The position numbers and the translations under genes are program-made. Below are positions 40,590 through 54,790 of a stretch of DNA of 64,000 nucleotides, one piece after another. Position 1 is the stretch's first letter. Every line of letters begins with the position of its first letter. The stretch is taken from NCBI RefSeq assembly GCF_009914755.1, contig NC_060940.1; one strand, given 5' to 3'. The DNA comes from the human T2T-CHM13v2.0 reference genome, Homo sapiens. The notes under the pieces were generated by a model, which did no database searches, was not told the origin of the DNA, and was given only the letters and a program-made list of their open reading frames with translations.

Positions 40590-40810
40590 AGCCCTGTGGT
40601 GAAGAACACCGGATCTAGCATCAGACTGACCTGGGTTATAGCTCAGCTCTGACAATAAACAGCTGTGCAACCTTAAGCAAGTAACTCAAGCCCCTTGAGC
40701 CTCAGTTTCCTTGTCAGAGTTATGAAATAATAATAGGACCTGGGTCATGCAATCATTGTGAGAATAATGCATACAGAGCACTTAGCACCGTGCCAATAAA
40801 CTCTAAACAA
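40590..40810 (+). mobile_element. MIR
   Basis: agctgtgcaaccttaagcaagt..gagcctcagtttcc..agcacttagcaccgtgcc. Confidence 0.8.
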
Positions 40811-40978
40811 ATGCCAGCCCTCGTTGTTGGTGTTGCTTTTCAAAGGAGTTATGAGGTTTTATCCCCCATCCACAGTCTCCCCTCCTACCACATAACTGTA
40901 ATTCTGATTCTTGATTCTTCACTGAAGCTGCTGATTGGCAGGTTTGGGAGGTGGAGTTTGGAGGAAATCTTTATTTAA

Positions 40979-41340
<362 letters not shown>

Positions 41341-41622
41341 TACCTAGGGAGCTTTTTAAAAATCCTTGTATTCAGGATGCAGCCCAGACCAACAAAATCA
41401 GAATCTCCAGAAGCGGAACCCATGGGTGTTGAAGCCCCCAAGTGTCCCAGTGTGCAGAGTGGAAAACTGCTTAATAAGCATTATTTCATGCTAATTTGCA
41501 TATACAACTCATCAACTGCTCCAACAATTGTTGGAGATAGACATGAACTTCCCCTTTCTGCCCCCATTTAATGTAGGAGGAAACTGAGGCATGGAGTGGT
41601 GAAGGCACATAAATGGTGTGAT

Positions 41623-42381
41623 TAAAATCACCTTTGCAAAGTTATAACAGTAAGAGGAATAAGACATGGCTGATTCCATTTTGCTTCTAACACCCAAGCT
41701 GTCCTTGTTTATTTCTAGGCCTAGGCCAAGCTAACTTTAGGAATAATTTAGTTTATAGTTTAACTTTACAGCAAGGATGAAAACAGCCCTTCCCCAAACC
41801 ACCACTGCTTGTTCAGGGACCAAACCATCTTCGTAAAACTAATGAAAAGCCACAAGGTTAGGACCACGGGAGGGTTCTGAACTCTGCTAAACTGTAGACA
41901 TAGTTAAGTGATAACCAGCCATTGCTCCAGAGGTCACAAGATTCATGACTTCCCCAATTGCTCCTATAGATAACATTGCTATTGTAAAACCTAAAATTGG
42001 TGTTTGAGGTACATTTCAGACCCTGCACTCTGATGGACCAGCTGGTGCTAAACATTACCATCTAGACTGGTAAACTGACTCAACTAGTTTTGCAATCCCA
42101 CCCAGGAATGAAAGACAGCTAGAAGATAGCTTCAACCCCTTGTGATTTTATCCCTGACCCAACCAATCAGCATTCCCCGTTCCCTAGCCCCACTGCCTGC
42201 CAAATTATCCTTTAAAAACCCTGGTCTCTGAATTTTCGGGGAGACAGATTTAAGTAATGACTCCCATCCTCCTGTTCGGCTGCCTTGTGATAATTAAACT
42301 CTTTCTCTACTACAATAATGCTGTCTCAGTGAATTGGGTTAATCTGTGCAGTGGGCAAGAAGAACTTGTCAGGCAATTACA
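41623..42381 (+). mobile_element. LTR8-family (LTR8A/B-like) ERV1 solo LTR
   Basis: taaaatcacctttgcaaa..ccattttgcttctaac..aatttagtttatagtttaacttt..ggcaattaca; TSD tgat. Confidence 0.85.
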
Positions 42382-42689
42382 TGATCGTCGTCCCTATTCC
42401 AATAATGAGGAAACTAAAGCCTGCCAGAACTGTCCCCACACACCATGGAGAGGGAGCTGCATCATGGTATTTGTGGGTGAGTCACAGGGTAGCTGTCTTC
42501 CAGGGGCCAGGAGCTTCCCATGGATGGCAGTGGCTTCAGTGGAGGAACTACAAAAAGCTCCAGGGAATTCTGATGCACAGCCTGGGAGGAAAACACAGAC
42601 AAAGGGGCTGGAGACCCACCTTTGCATGGGAAAACCTCAGCCAGGTCCTTCCTGCCTCTGTGCTTTGGGTTTGAAATCTAGCATGTGAA

Positions 42690-42802
42690 AGGGCAAATGC
42701 AAAGTGTGGCTCCATCTTGGATTTTGGAACAGAAAAAAAGAACATTCATGGGAAAATTGGTGAAATCTAAATAAAGTCTGCAGTTTTGTTGATACTGTTG
42801 TA
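42690..42802 (+). mobile_element. L1MC/MD 3' fragment
   Basis: ggaacagaaaaaaagaacatt..gaaatctaaataaagtctg. Confidence 0.65.
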
Positions 42803-42904
42803 TTGTAGGGACCAGCACTCTTAGCCCCCTGAAGGTTCACTGAAAATCACTGACATGAGGCAGATTGATTAACAGAAAAAAAGGTATACACATTTATTTG
42901 ATGT

Positions 42905-43453
42905 TGTATTAGTCAGGGTTCTCTAGACAAACAGGACTAATAGGATAGATGAATATATAAAGGGGAGTTTATTAGGAGAATTGACTCACACAGTCACAAG
43001 GTGAAGTCCCACAATAGGCTGTCTGCAAGCTGAGGAGCAAGGAAGCCAGTCCCAGTCCCAAAACCTCAAAAGTAGGGAAGCCCACAGTGCAGCCTCCAGT
43101 CTGTGGCTAAAGGCCCAACAGCCTCCAGCAAACCACTGGTGTAGGCCCAAGAGCCCAAAAGCTGAAGATCCTGGAGTCTGATGTTCAAGGGCAGGAAGCA
43201 TTCAGCACGGGAGAAAGATGGAGGCCAGAAGACTCAGCAAGTCAAGTCCTTCCATGTTACTCTGCCTGCTTTTATCCTAGCTGCCCTGGTAGCTGATTAG
43301 ATGGTGCCCACCCAGATGGAGGGTAGGTCTGTCTCGCCCAGCCCACTGACTCAAATGTTAATCTCCTTTGGCAACACTCTCATAGATACACTCAGGAACA
43401 ACACTTTGCATCCCTCAATCCAATCAAGTTGACACTCAATATTAACCATCACA
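42905..43453 (-). mobile_element. MLT2A2-like ERVL LTR
   Basis: tgtattagtcagggttctctaga..cccaaaacctcaaaagtagggaagcc..caatcaagttgacactcaatattaaccatcaca. Confidence 0.88.
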
Positions 43454-43504
43454 TTTGGTATACACATGAGCCCTCAGAGTGAAGACCCAAACCCCTGGTC
43501 CTGG

Positions 43505-44065
43505 TGAGATTGTTAACAGTGAAAAGGAGGCCTGCCATGGCTAACTCCATGCTACTCATAACCTCCCCATTTTCCCTACAGGGATATCTTTTAGATTAAC
43601 TGCTTGTGCTTATCTCTGCCCATAGGCCAAGCTAACTATGGGGGGGAATTTAGTTTATAGTTCAACTTTAAAGCAAGGATGATACTATTCCCTTCCCAAA
43701 ACTGACCCCCAAGGAGATAAGGAGGGTGTACATACAAGCGTCAATGTTACGTTAAAGATGTATAGGAGCATTGTGACCTAACCTAGGACAAAGAAGTTTC
43801 ACAACCCCTTGGATCCTTGCTGCCACCCTGGTGTCTGTGATCATCGGTCACCTCTTAACCTCAACCCCTCCCTCTTCCCCCTTCCCCTAACATGAAAAGA
43901 GCCTGAGATTGGTATTAACTTAAGGTGGTTCTTTAGGGCCCTCGTCCACCATCTTCTTGGTTTGCTGGCTCTCTGAAATAAAGTCCCCTTCCTTGCCACA
44001 ATGCCATGTCTCTTGACTTACTGGCTGTTATGCCGTGAGCAGGATGAGATCTGGGCTTGGTTACA
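43505..44065 (+). mobile_element. MER4-group ERV1 LTR (MER72/LTR54-like)
   Basis: ggccaagctaactatggg..aatttagtttatagtt (shared with LTR8); aataaagtcccc..ggttaca end; subfamily uncertain. Confidence 0.6.
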
Positions 44066-44114
44066 GGATGAAGAAGCTTTATATTATCCTAAAGTTACAG
44101 AAAGAAAGTGGGCT

Positions 44115-44671
44115 TGTCAGAAGTGTGTGAACCAGAGCAACTCCATCTGCTATAGGAGCTGGGTAAAATTAGGCTGAAACCTACTGGGTTGCATTTCCAA
44201 ACGATTAAGGCATTCTAAGTCATAGGATGAGAGAGGAGGACATCACAAAATATAGGTCATGAAGACCTTGCTGATGAAAAACAGGTGCAGTAAAGAAGCT
44301 GGCCAAAACCCACCAAAACCAAGATGGCGATGAGAGTGACCTCTGGTCGTCCTCACTGCTGCACTCCCATCGGCGCCATGACAGTTTACAAATGCCATGG
44401 CAACGTGTCAGGAAGTTACCCTATATGGTCTAAACAGGGGAGGCATGAATAATCCACCCCTTGTTTAGCATATCATCAAGAAATAACAACAAAAATGGGC
44501 ACTCAGCAGCCTTCGGGGCTGCTCTGTCTATGGAGTAGCCATTCTTTTATTCCTTTACTTTCTTAATAAACTTGCTTTCATTTTACTCTACGAACTCGCC
44601 CTGAATTCTTTCTTGCACGAGATACAAGAACCCTCTCTTGGGGTCCCGATCGGAATCCCTTTCCTGTAACA
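44115..44671 (+). mobile_element. MER41A-type ERV1 solo LTR
   Basis: tgtcagaagtgtgtgaaccagagcaactccatc...cctgtaaca; TSD ggct; GAS block absent. Confidence 0.93.
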
Positions 44672-44835
44672 GGCTCAGAGCATGGCCGAAAACAGGCTAT
44701 GGTGGTAAATCAGGTTTCAGGGGCAAGGCAGATTATGGAAGGAGAAGTGGAGGAGGCTTGGCTAGCAAAGGTGGCCTTGTTATGTAGATCAAACCACACA
44801 GGTAGCAGCCCCCACAGAGAATAAATGGTAAATGG

Positions 44836-45147
44836 TTTTTTTTGTTTGTTTGTTTTTAAGATGGAGTCTCGCTGTGTCGCCAGGCTGGAGTACAGTGGCG
44901 TGATCTGGGCTCACTGAAGCCTCTGTCTCCCGGGTTCAAGCGATTCTCCTGCCTCAGCCTCCCGAGTAGCTGGGAATACATGCACGCACCACCATTCCTG
45001 GCTGGTTTTTTCTTTTTTTTAATTTTAGTAGAGACGGGGTTTCACCATGTTGGCCAGGATGGTCTTGATCTCCTGACCTCGTGATCTGCCCTCCACCTTG
45101 GCCTCCCAAAGTGCTGGGATTACAGGCGTGAGACACCGTGCCCGGCC
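44836..45147 (-). mobile_element. AluSc
   Basis: gtcgccaggctgg, caggatggtcttgatctc. Confidence 0.92.
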
Positions 45148-45369
45148 AAATGCTTCTTTCAGATCTTTAAGGTGTCAGATTCAGTTGCTCCCTCCTAGAT
45201 CCAAACCAGGAAAGGCCTGGCTGCATGAATGGGGACCCTGTACAGATGCAAATTTCCACCACAAAAGACAGCTTTGCAGGGTCATTTCAGTCTGCTGACC
45301 CTGCATTAATAGCCCTCAGCTGCTATACTAAGACCTTCCTTTCGTAATATCTCTGAACACTCAGAATTC

Positions 45370-45458
45370 CTTCCAAAACGGTGAGAAAATAAGTTTCTGT
45401 TGATAAAGCCACCCAGTCTATGATACTCTGTTCTAGTGGCCTGAGCTGACTAAGACAC
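45370..45458 (+). mobile_element. MLT1 LTR 3' end
   Basis: gtgagaaaataagtttctgttg..aagccacccagtctatg..gactaagaca. Confidence 0.7.
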
Positions 45459-45489
45459 GCTTCTACCTGTAGGGGGGTGGGGGGCTTCT

Positions 45490-45612
45490 GGAGGAGGAGG
45501 AAGAGGAAGATAAAGCTGGAAAAGAGGGAAAAAGCAGCAAGGGAAAAGGAGAAGAGAGCAACGGAAGAGAAAGAAGAGGAGGAGAAAACACAAGAAGAAA
45601 AGAAAGAGGGGA
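45490..45612. repeat. GA-rich low-complexity tract
   Basis: Seen directly. Confidence 0.8.
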
Positions 45613-45772
45613 GACCAGAGCTTCAGCCCCACACAGGACTGGCTCCGAAAGTTGTTAAAACATTGAAAACCTCCTATAATAGTTGGTCAAACAGTTGTCT
45701 CAAATGCCCCCACCTCCCTGGCCAGCCTGTCCTCACTCCAGGCCCCCCAGTTCTTCCCTCAAGAGAGCTCCA

Positions 45773-46066
45773 GGCCAGGCGCGGTGGCTCACGCCTGTAA
45801 CCCCAGCACTTTGGGAGGCCAAGGCCAGCAGATCACCTGAGGTCAGGAGTTCGAGACCAGCCTGACCAACTTGGAGAAACCTCATCTCTATTAAAACTAC
45901 AAAATTAGCCAGGCGTGGTGGCGCATGCCTGTAATCCCAGCTAACTCGAGAGGCTGAGGGAGGAGAATCGATTGAATCCGGGAGGCAGAGGTTGCGCTGA
46001 GCTGAGATCATGCCACTGCACACTCCAGCCTGGGAAACGAGCAAAACACCTTCTGAAAAAAAAAAA
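45773..46066 (+). mobile_element. AluSp
   Basis: cctgaccaac.tggagaaacc; gcgcatgcctgtaat. Confidence 0.92.
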
Positions 46067-48068
46067 GAGAGAGAGAGAGAGTTTAAGACCCTACCCAACC
46101 TCATAGTTGCCTTTCTCCTGTTATGGGCGTATACTGTGCCAGTTATAAATATTGAGACTGTTACACCTGGCCTGACTCATCACCCAGAACTCCTTAGGTT
46201 GCAACCTTAGGTTGTCTGACTTTCTTGGTCCTCTGGTTTCTCATCTCTAAAATCCTGGAGTTCTGAGTGTTCAGAGATTTTACAAAAGTAAAGGTCTTAA
46301 TATAGTGGCTGAGGGCTATTAATGCTGCTGGTGGTGGCTGAGTGCAGTTGTAGCTACCAGGGAATAAATAGTTAATCTGTGCCTCCTGGCTGCTGTGCTG
46401 ATTAACACTGGCATTTGTTATAACCAGGTATAACCAGGAGGAGCTGGGTAAGGGAGCAGCCCCTAGGGCGGAGGAGCTGGATCCCCAATGGCAACATGAA
46501 TGGACCCGTCCCATCCAGAGCACCATAGAGTCTAGGGGTCTCAGCCTCCAGCAGGGCTCTTCACGTCGGGGGTTGGGGTCTGGTGATCAGAGGGGAACTA
46601 GCTCTGAGTCACAGAGCAGGATGTGGTCCACCAGGAACATGGGTCGTGGGAGGTTGAGGTCAAAGCTGGAATGAGGAACACTGGCCAAAAAAACTGAGTC
46701 AGTGTCCAGTGATGGGGAAAATATAAACACAGCAATGTTTAGCGGAATGTTTAGGGCCAGGGTTCCCCAGACCCTCTAGATTCAAAGTCCAGAGCTACAT
46801 GTTGTGTGCCTCCCTCCCTCCCTCATGCTATTAGCCATTTACCAAGCATGTTCTAAGTGCCGGGTGCCATGTGGCTGTTCTGCCTTCATGGACATCTCAG
46901 CCGGTTCTTACAGAAGATCTGGATCTGTAAAATGAGCTTTGACTCATTTTACAGGTGCAGAAAGTTAGGTAGACGGGATAAAGAGTAACTTCTTTGAGAC
47001 CAAGTAGAGGAACCGAGATGGAAACCCAAGTCTGTCTGACTCCCAAGCCCAAGCTGCTCACTTAAAAATCCTAAAATCTTCCCTGCCTAGGGCTAACCTG
47101 GTTCAGCGTGTGGGCAGGCCTGCCAGGAAGCTGGAAGATCTTCAGTTTGGGCAGCTGGAAAGGGCCGGGCAAGGTGGGGCTGATGGCCCCGGTGTCTATC
47201 CTGGCACCTGGAGGTGGACTGCCCACTTCTCCACACTCTGGATACCAGGTGGTGGGGGCGGAGGAGAAGGGCAGGTGAGAAATGGCAGGGGGCCACATGT
47301 GGGGTTCTGGCCCCTGGAGACAGGTGGGGTGACAAACGTCATGACAGTGTGACAATGTCAACAGTCATTTTGTCTGCCACCCTGAGTTCCAGGCTGTACC
47401 ATGACTAACAGGGCTACAGGTGGCATGACAAGTCAGAAAATTGTTAAAGATTGAAAATCACCGTGGCTGGAGTGGCAGTGTTCTGAAATCATTACTTCTC
47501 CATTGTGGGAGTAAAGAGAAAGCTTGTGCCCAGGTCCTGCGCCCAGGACCACCAAAGACATCAGCCCCTTCCCTCCCTCCCCCGCCTCCTCATCCACCCT
47601 ATTGCCTCCAAAACCATGAAGAGGCCTGAGCCCCTGCCATTCTTTGAGGCTCCTGACATATTAAAAAATAAAAGGGTGCTCAAACAATTTCACAAGAGTT
47701 GTGGCACATCTCGAATGAACATATTAACATTGTAACCCCCTCAGGGGAAAAAAGGCAAAGCAATATAATTATACTTTTCATAAGATAATTATGAGGGTGC
47801 TAAAGTATTACCAATTGTGTGTTCCCTATGGGCAGTGAGGTCCAGGGATGGGACATAAATTTAAGGCTTTAGAAAAAATAACTCTTTCAAACCTGTGAGT
47901 GGATCTCTGAACATAATGATGTGCAAATCTTGTTTGGACATGAGGTCAGACATCTAAATTGTATTTCTTTAACATAATATGTGTGTCTATTCACACATCT
48001 ACATCAGCATTTATTATGTGCCAGAACTATGTGGCACATGATAGAGGTATTTAAATTGTAATGTGTTA

Positions 48069-48368
48069 GGCAGGGTACAATGGCTCATGCCTGTAATCTT
48101 AGCACTTTGGGAGGCTGAGGCAGGAGGACCACTTGAGCCTCAGAGTTCAAGACCAGCCTGCACAATATAGAGAGACCCTGTTTCTACAAAAAAAAAAAAA
48201 AAAATTAAAATTGGTAAGGTATAATGCTGTGTGCCTGTAGTCTCAGCTACTCAGGAGGCCGAGGTGGGAGGATCATTTGAGCCTCAGAGTTGGAGGCTGC
48301 AGTGAGCCATGATCACACCACTGCACTAGAGTGAGACCGTGTCTCTGAAATAAATGAATAAGTAATTA
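48069..48368 (+). mobile_element. AluJ inside a minus-strand MIR
   Basis: J-type dimer with a small 3' deletion. Confidence 0.88.
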
Positions 48369-49077
48369 AAACTTTTTAAAAATCCACTAGATGACATGTG
48401 GAGAAAAAAAACAGTGACACATTTACATCTTATACCCAACTCAAGGGTAGGTATTGTCTTCATCCCCATTTTCCAGATAAGAAAACCAAGACAGAAAAGG
48501 GCTGAATAACCCTGCTGGAGCCGCTGAGTGGTGGAGCTGGATGTGAACGCAGGGCATCTGGCTGTAGGTGTGTGTTCTTATCCCTTATGCTCAGTGCACC
48601 TTTCGGTCCTTTGGGAAGGTGAGGTCTAAGCCACATGGGCCTCCTGCTCTCCCATATCCATTACAAATAGAAATAGGCCCTACAGGTGAAGAATATGCCT
48701 CCAAAAAATGCTTGCTTCATTTTGGCATCTCTATCAGCAGCACATCCTGAATTCATCTTTATCCCGCCCTCCTTTTCCTCACCCTGGTGAGAGAATATTC
48801 CAAGCTGTTCCCAGGGAAGGCAGTTTTCCAATCACCCCAATCCCTTAACAGCTCCTGGCTGTTTGTTGTGCTTTAAATGCACCTGCCAGGCTGAGCTAGG
48901 ACTCTACAAATTCCTGTTCATTCACCAGATGGGCCCTGTGGATGAGAACTAATTTGGCTTGTCACAGCCCCCAACTTGGGGACCCACCAAGAGGACCTCC
49001 ACCCACCTCACTGCCTTCCTTCAGGGACCCAGGTCAACATCCTCCACAGAAAGCTCTGTCACCCTTAGTCATGCCTA

Positions 49078-49467
<390 letters not shown>

Positions 49468-49806
49468 TTATGTGTATTTACTTACCTCCTTAGATATCTA
49501 TTGTCAGTCTCTCTCCATTAGAATGTAAGCTCAAAAAAAAATTAAAATAAAAAAAGCTGTACCGCAGCCTCTTGTAGGTACTCAATAAATATTTGTTGAA
49601 TGAATGAATGCTGAGGTCTCAGTGTCAGTTACATTTCTGGGGAAAACAAGAGGTAGTCATTCTCTGGGTCCACACTCTCCAAAAATGCCACCTCTCCAAC
49701 AAGTTTTAAGTGACTATGTTAATACAACTGTTTCTAAGACTATGGTGAAAAAACCTTAGGGCAATCACTATGGAAACAAGAATGAGTCTGTTCAACACTG
49801 AATTAG

Positions 49807-50156
<350 letters not shown>

Positions 50157-50607
50157 AGAATAAGCTTCTTGACTTGCTCACTTCCCATCAAATAATAGCC
50201 CAGGCCCGGGTCTCCTGGCCTTCAATACATCCTTACCCCTCATGCACGCCCGTGCTAGATTCTGCCCACATGCCCGGCTGTCAGAAATGACCAAGTAGCC
50301 AAGGGAAGGGTGAGCTCTGTTTATGCTGGGCTGGACAGATGTGGGGAGGAAAGCTCCAATCCTCTGAGTGGCTACTATATGCCAGGCTCTGGCTTAGAAG
50401 TCTGTGCCTTCAGCATTTTGAATTTTTGTCCCCGTAACCATTGTAATCTCCACTGTACAGATGAGAAAACCAAGCTCAGAGAAGGCTCAGAATTCACCCA
50501 ACTCACACAGCGAGACGGGGGGGACCCTGGCCCTCCCGGTGCCCAGGGCTGCCTCACACTGCAACTGCCGAGGGAGAAGGGGCGGATCTCCCTTTTTGTT
50601 ACGTGGC

Positions 50608-51149
50608 CGTATTCATTTTGAATCACTGCTATCACAAATTACCACAAATGTGGTGGCCTAAAACAACACAATTGGATTATTTTATAGTTCTCAGGGTCAG
50701 AAATTCTAAAGTCACCTGTGCTCTAAAGAAATTCTGAAAGCACCTGTTTTCCTAGAGGAGGTTCTAGGAGAGAATCTGTTTCCTTGTCTTTCCAGCATCC
50801 ACAGGCTGCCTGCCTGAGCTCATGGCCTCTTCCTTCATCTTCAGGAGCTGCTCTGCAACATCTTCAGCCTCTCTTTCTCTCTCTCTCTCTCTGTCTCTCT
50901 GTCTCTTTCTCTCCCTCTCTCCCTCCACTTCTGTCCTCAAATCTCCAACTCTGACTCTCCTTTCTCCCTCTTATAAAGACCTCTGTGATTACACAGGTCC
51001 ATCAAATAATCCAGGATAATCTCCTCATCTCAAGAGCCTTAATGTAATCACACCTGCAAAGTCTCTTTAGCCTCATAAGATAACACATTCACAGGTTCCA
51101 GGGACTGGGAGATGCACATCCCTGGAAGATCATTATTCTTTCTACCACG
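50608..51149 (-). mobile_element. MLT1C/D LTR
   Basis: acaaattaccacaaa..aaaacaacac..ggagaatctgtttccttg..ccaggataatctcc..ttcacaggttccaggga. Confidence 0.85.
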
Positions 51150-51299
51150 ATTTTGCACATCCATCATCCCAATTCTGATCACAGACGGGGAGGTGAAACA
51201 TAGGGGTAAATATTGGTCCTAGTCTATTAAAAAAAGGATCCACGCCTAAGAGTGGATCAGATAAGGCACAGACATTGGGGCTGGAGAGGGAGCCTTAAA

Positions 51300-51800
51300 T
51301 GACATAATGAGCAACATACGAGGCACTGTTCTAAGCTCTCTCTGTTAGCTCAGTGCACTGTGAAAACAACTCTTTGAGGTAGGTGCTATCGTTATCCCAT
51401 TTTACAGATGCGCCAACCAAGGCACAAAGCAACTAAGGAACTTGCCTAAGAACCAAGGAGCAGCTGGAGAGTGGTAGAGCTGGGATTTGAATCAAGGCTC
51501 AGAGTCTGACTATGCCTCGGAGTTGGGACCTCCCACAAATATCAACCCACACCTGCAGACAGTATTTATTTTCACAAAGCACTTTTTGTGATACTGCAGC
51601 TTGCATTTATCGACGGCTTATCATGTGCTGGCTGTAGGGCTGTGCTAAGTTCTTTTCATGCATTGTGTCACCTAATCCTCCCCTACAATCCTGGATACTA
51701 GGATCCACCCCTCCTTGTGCTAATGAGATAATAGAGGATCAGAGGGTGAAATAAGCCATAAAGGCTCAGACTCTAAAACCCAGGCTGTTACCACCACAGC
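51300..51800 (-). mobile_element. MIR copies
   Basis: tatcccattttacagatg..aaggcacaaag..ctgggatttgaa. Confidence 0.7.
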
Positions 51801-53642
51801 TCCCCTGACAAGCAGTGGGTTGCCAAGCATCAGGACAGGCCCCAGGCTGGTAGGACTGTAGACCCCCACCCCACCCCTAGAGGCTGCTTTGCCCTTCAGC
51901 AGTCATCGAGGGGGCAGGGGAGGCAGCTTCAATAATGTATGACACCGGAGAGATAAAGCCTGTCCATAAACGCTGCTGGCAGAGCTCATCAATGGTGCAT
52001 GGGGGTTTTATGTTTCCCAGCTCTGATGAAGGCAGTGCCTGCCTTGCCTCGGGCCAGCATAAAGATATGACCTGCAAAGGTTGCGTTTATCTCCAGGGAG
52101 GTCCTCCCCCGACCTCAGTGGATGGGCCTGGGAGTGCCACAGTGGCATGTAAGCAGTTTCTCCACAGGCACTCCCTACCCACGCTCAGCTAAGCCAGCAC
52201 AGCCTCATGTCAGTTTCCCATCCTGGGCCCTACACCCCCTAGTGATTTAAAACTCCAAATAGAGGCTCCAGCCTCTGGGATGGAGTCCCATGGCCCTTGG
52301 TTTGGAGGTCCCTGGGGGACTAGGATTAGGGCCCCCTGCTTTTCAGAACAACGGTTCTAACCCAGACCTTTCTTTATTCATTCATTCGCCACAAATGCAT
52401 CGAGCCCCTACTGGTGCCATACATTGCTCTAGGTACCAACGATGAATGGTAACCGGGACTGGGAGCTTCCCTTAGAGAACAGGCCAGAGATGACATGCAC
52501 AGCACCAGAATCTTGGTGCCAATTTTCAGATGAAGAAATTTAGGAGCAGAGACAGGGCATCCCCGACCAAGGTCACATAGTTGATGAATCACAGAGCTCG
52601 TCTCAAAACCAAGGTCCTTGCTCTCTCAGCCCGGGCATCTTTTCTTTTAAAGGTGACTGATTTGAAACTTCTCCAGTGGTTGAGAGCCAAGTTTGGACAT
52701 CACAAAATGCCTTAAAAATAGATCTCAGGAGGGAATTATATGAGAAGGGAAAATACGAACTCAGTACGGGTCCTGGAGCATGCTAAGTTCTCAAAAAGCT
52801 GTTTATGGAAGGAAAAGTAAGAGGAAGGGAAGGAGGGAGGGAGGGAGGAGGCTTAATTTCAGATGTGATCATGTTTCCCCACTGAAAGAGACAGTGAGGC
52901 TGACAGTTTTATTGTTCAATTGTTTCGTATGGATTTTGAATAAAAAATAAATTGGCTTCTTTTAAAGAGGACAATCCTGAAAGCTTCGAGGACGGTGGTG
53001 AATCATGTGTGACTGCTCTTGGCTTTCTTCCTGCAATGGGAACTCTGTTTGCAGCCAGAGAGGACTTAGAGCATTTCCAGGGAAGGCGGAGGGGATGAAC
53101 TTCCTGATACCAGATCTTCAGGCCTGGCCCTGGAGTCCCGGGGTAGGAAAGCTATGCTAGGGGAACTTCTTTACTCTCTCTAGGCTGCTCCTTTGCAAAT
53201 AACTGCCCTGAACTGAGGATGCCTATTGAGTTGACATCCCCTCTGTCTGATCCTTTCTGAGACCTACTGCCCACTGGGATCCTGGGCCAGTTGCTTCCTC
53301 TCATCTATAAAATGGGTATCATAAAACCTCCCTCCCAGGACTGCTGTGAAAATTAAATGAGATGTTTGCATGAAGTGTGCCTGCCTCAAACTATGTGCTC
53401 AACATCATAGACACATGATGTAGCAAACACGAATTCAATGGTTCTCAGGGGAAAGCAGTCATCTTTACCAAGAATAAGAAGGAATAAATAAAGCGGGGGG
53501 GACTCCGGGAGTACTGAAGGAAACTAGCTCACCCTGAAAGCGATGGAAGCTATGGAATTCCCTTCTCAGGAAAATCCTTCTCATAAAGAGCCATTTATAA
53601 TGTTTTTTGGGGGAAGGAGGTCAAAAGTAAGCCCCAGAAGTG

Positions 53643-54233
<591 letters not shown>

Positions 54234-54274
54234 AGGTAAGCCCCAAGGGACACCAGGAGCTAGAATAGGAAACA

Positions 54275-54790
54275 CAGCACTCTGGATTCTTTCAGTTGAA
54301 CTTAAACCAACTTAAAAATTGTTCAGTAGATTAGGCGTAATTGATTGGCACGTGTAACTTTCAAGTCTGGCTTCAAGCACAACTGTATCCAGATACCAAA
54401 GGATGGCGTCAAAGACCTGTATCTCTGTGTTGCAGTCACACTCAGGCAACTTCTCCTCTCTCAACGTGGTCTACAGCATCTCCAAGCTTTTATTCTACCT
54501 GTCCAGCAACCGCAATGGGAAGAGAACCTCTTTTCCCAAAGGTCCAATACAAATCCCAGCACTGGCTTTCATTGGCCTGACTCGGGTCACATGCCCATCC
54601 CTGAACCAATCACTTCAGCTAAGATGGGTGCTTTGTGCTGACTGGTCAAGCACAGGTCACTCCCCATCTCTTGAGACTGGGAGGCAGGATTAGCCCCACC
54701 TGGGCCAAGAGGATTTAGTGATAAAGCAAATTTCTCAAAGGAAAATCAGGGCACTGTTTCAGAAGGTGGAGAAATGGCTGCTGGCAGGCA
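54275..54790 (-). mobile_element. MLT1 (K/L-like) LTR
   Basis: cattggcctgactcgggtcacatgcccatccctgaaccaatcac. Confidence 0.6.

Larger units (their letters stand above)
42803..45305 (-). mobile_element. MER39/MER34-like (MER4-group) LTR broken into five pieces by four insertions
   Basis: tcactgacatgaggcagattgattaa..tttattt | gtgaagaccca | aaggtggccttgttatgtagat | tacagatgcaaatttccaccacaaaagacagctttgcaggg. Confidence 0.65.
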
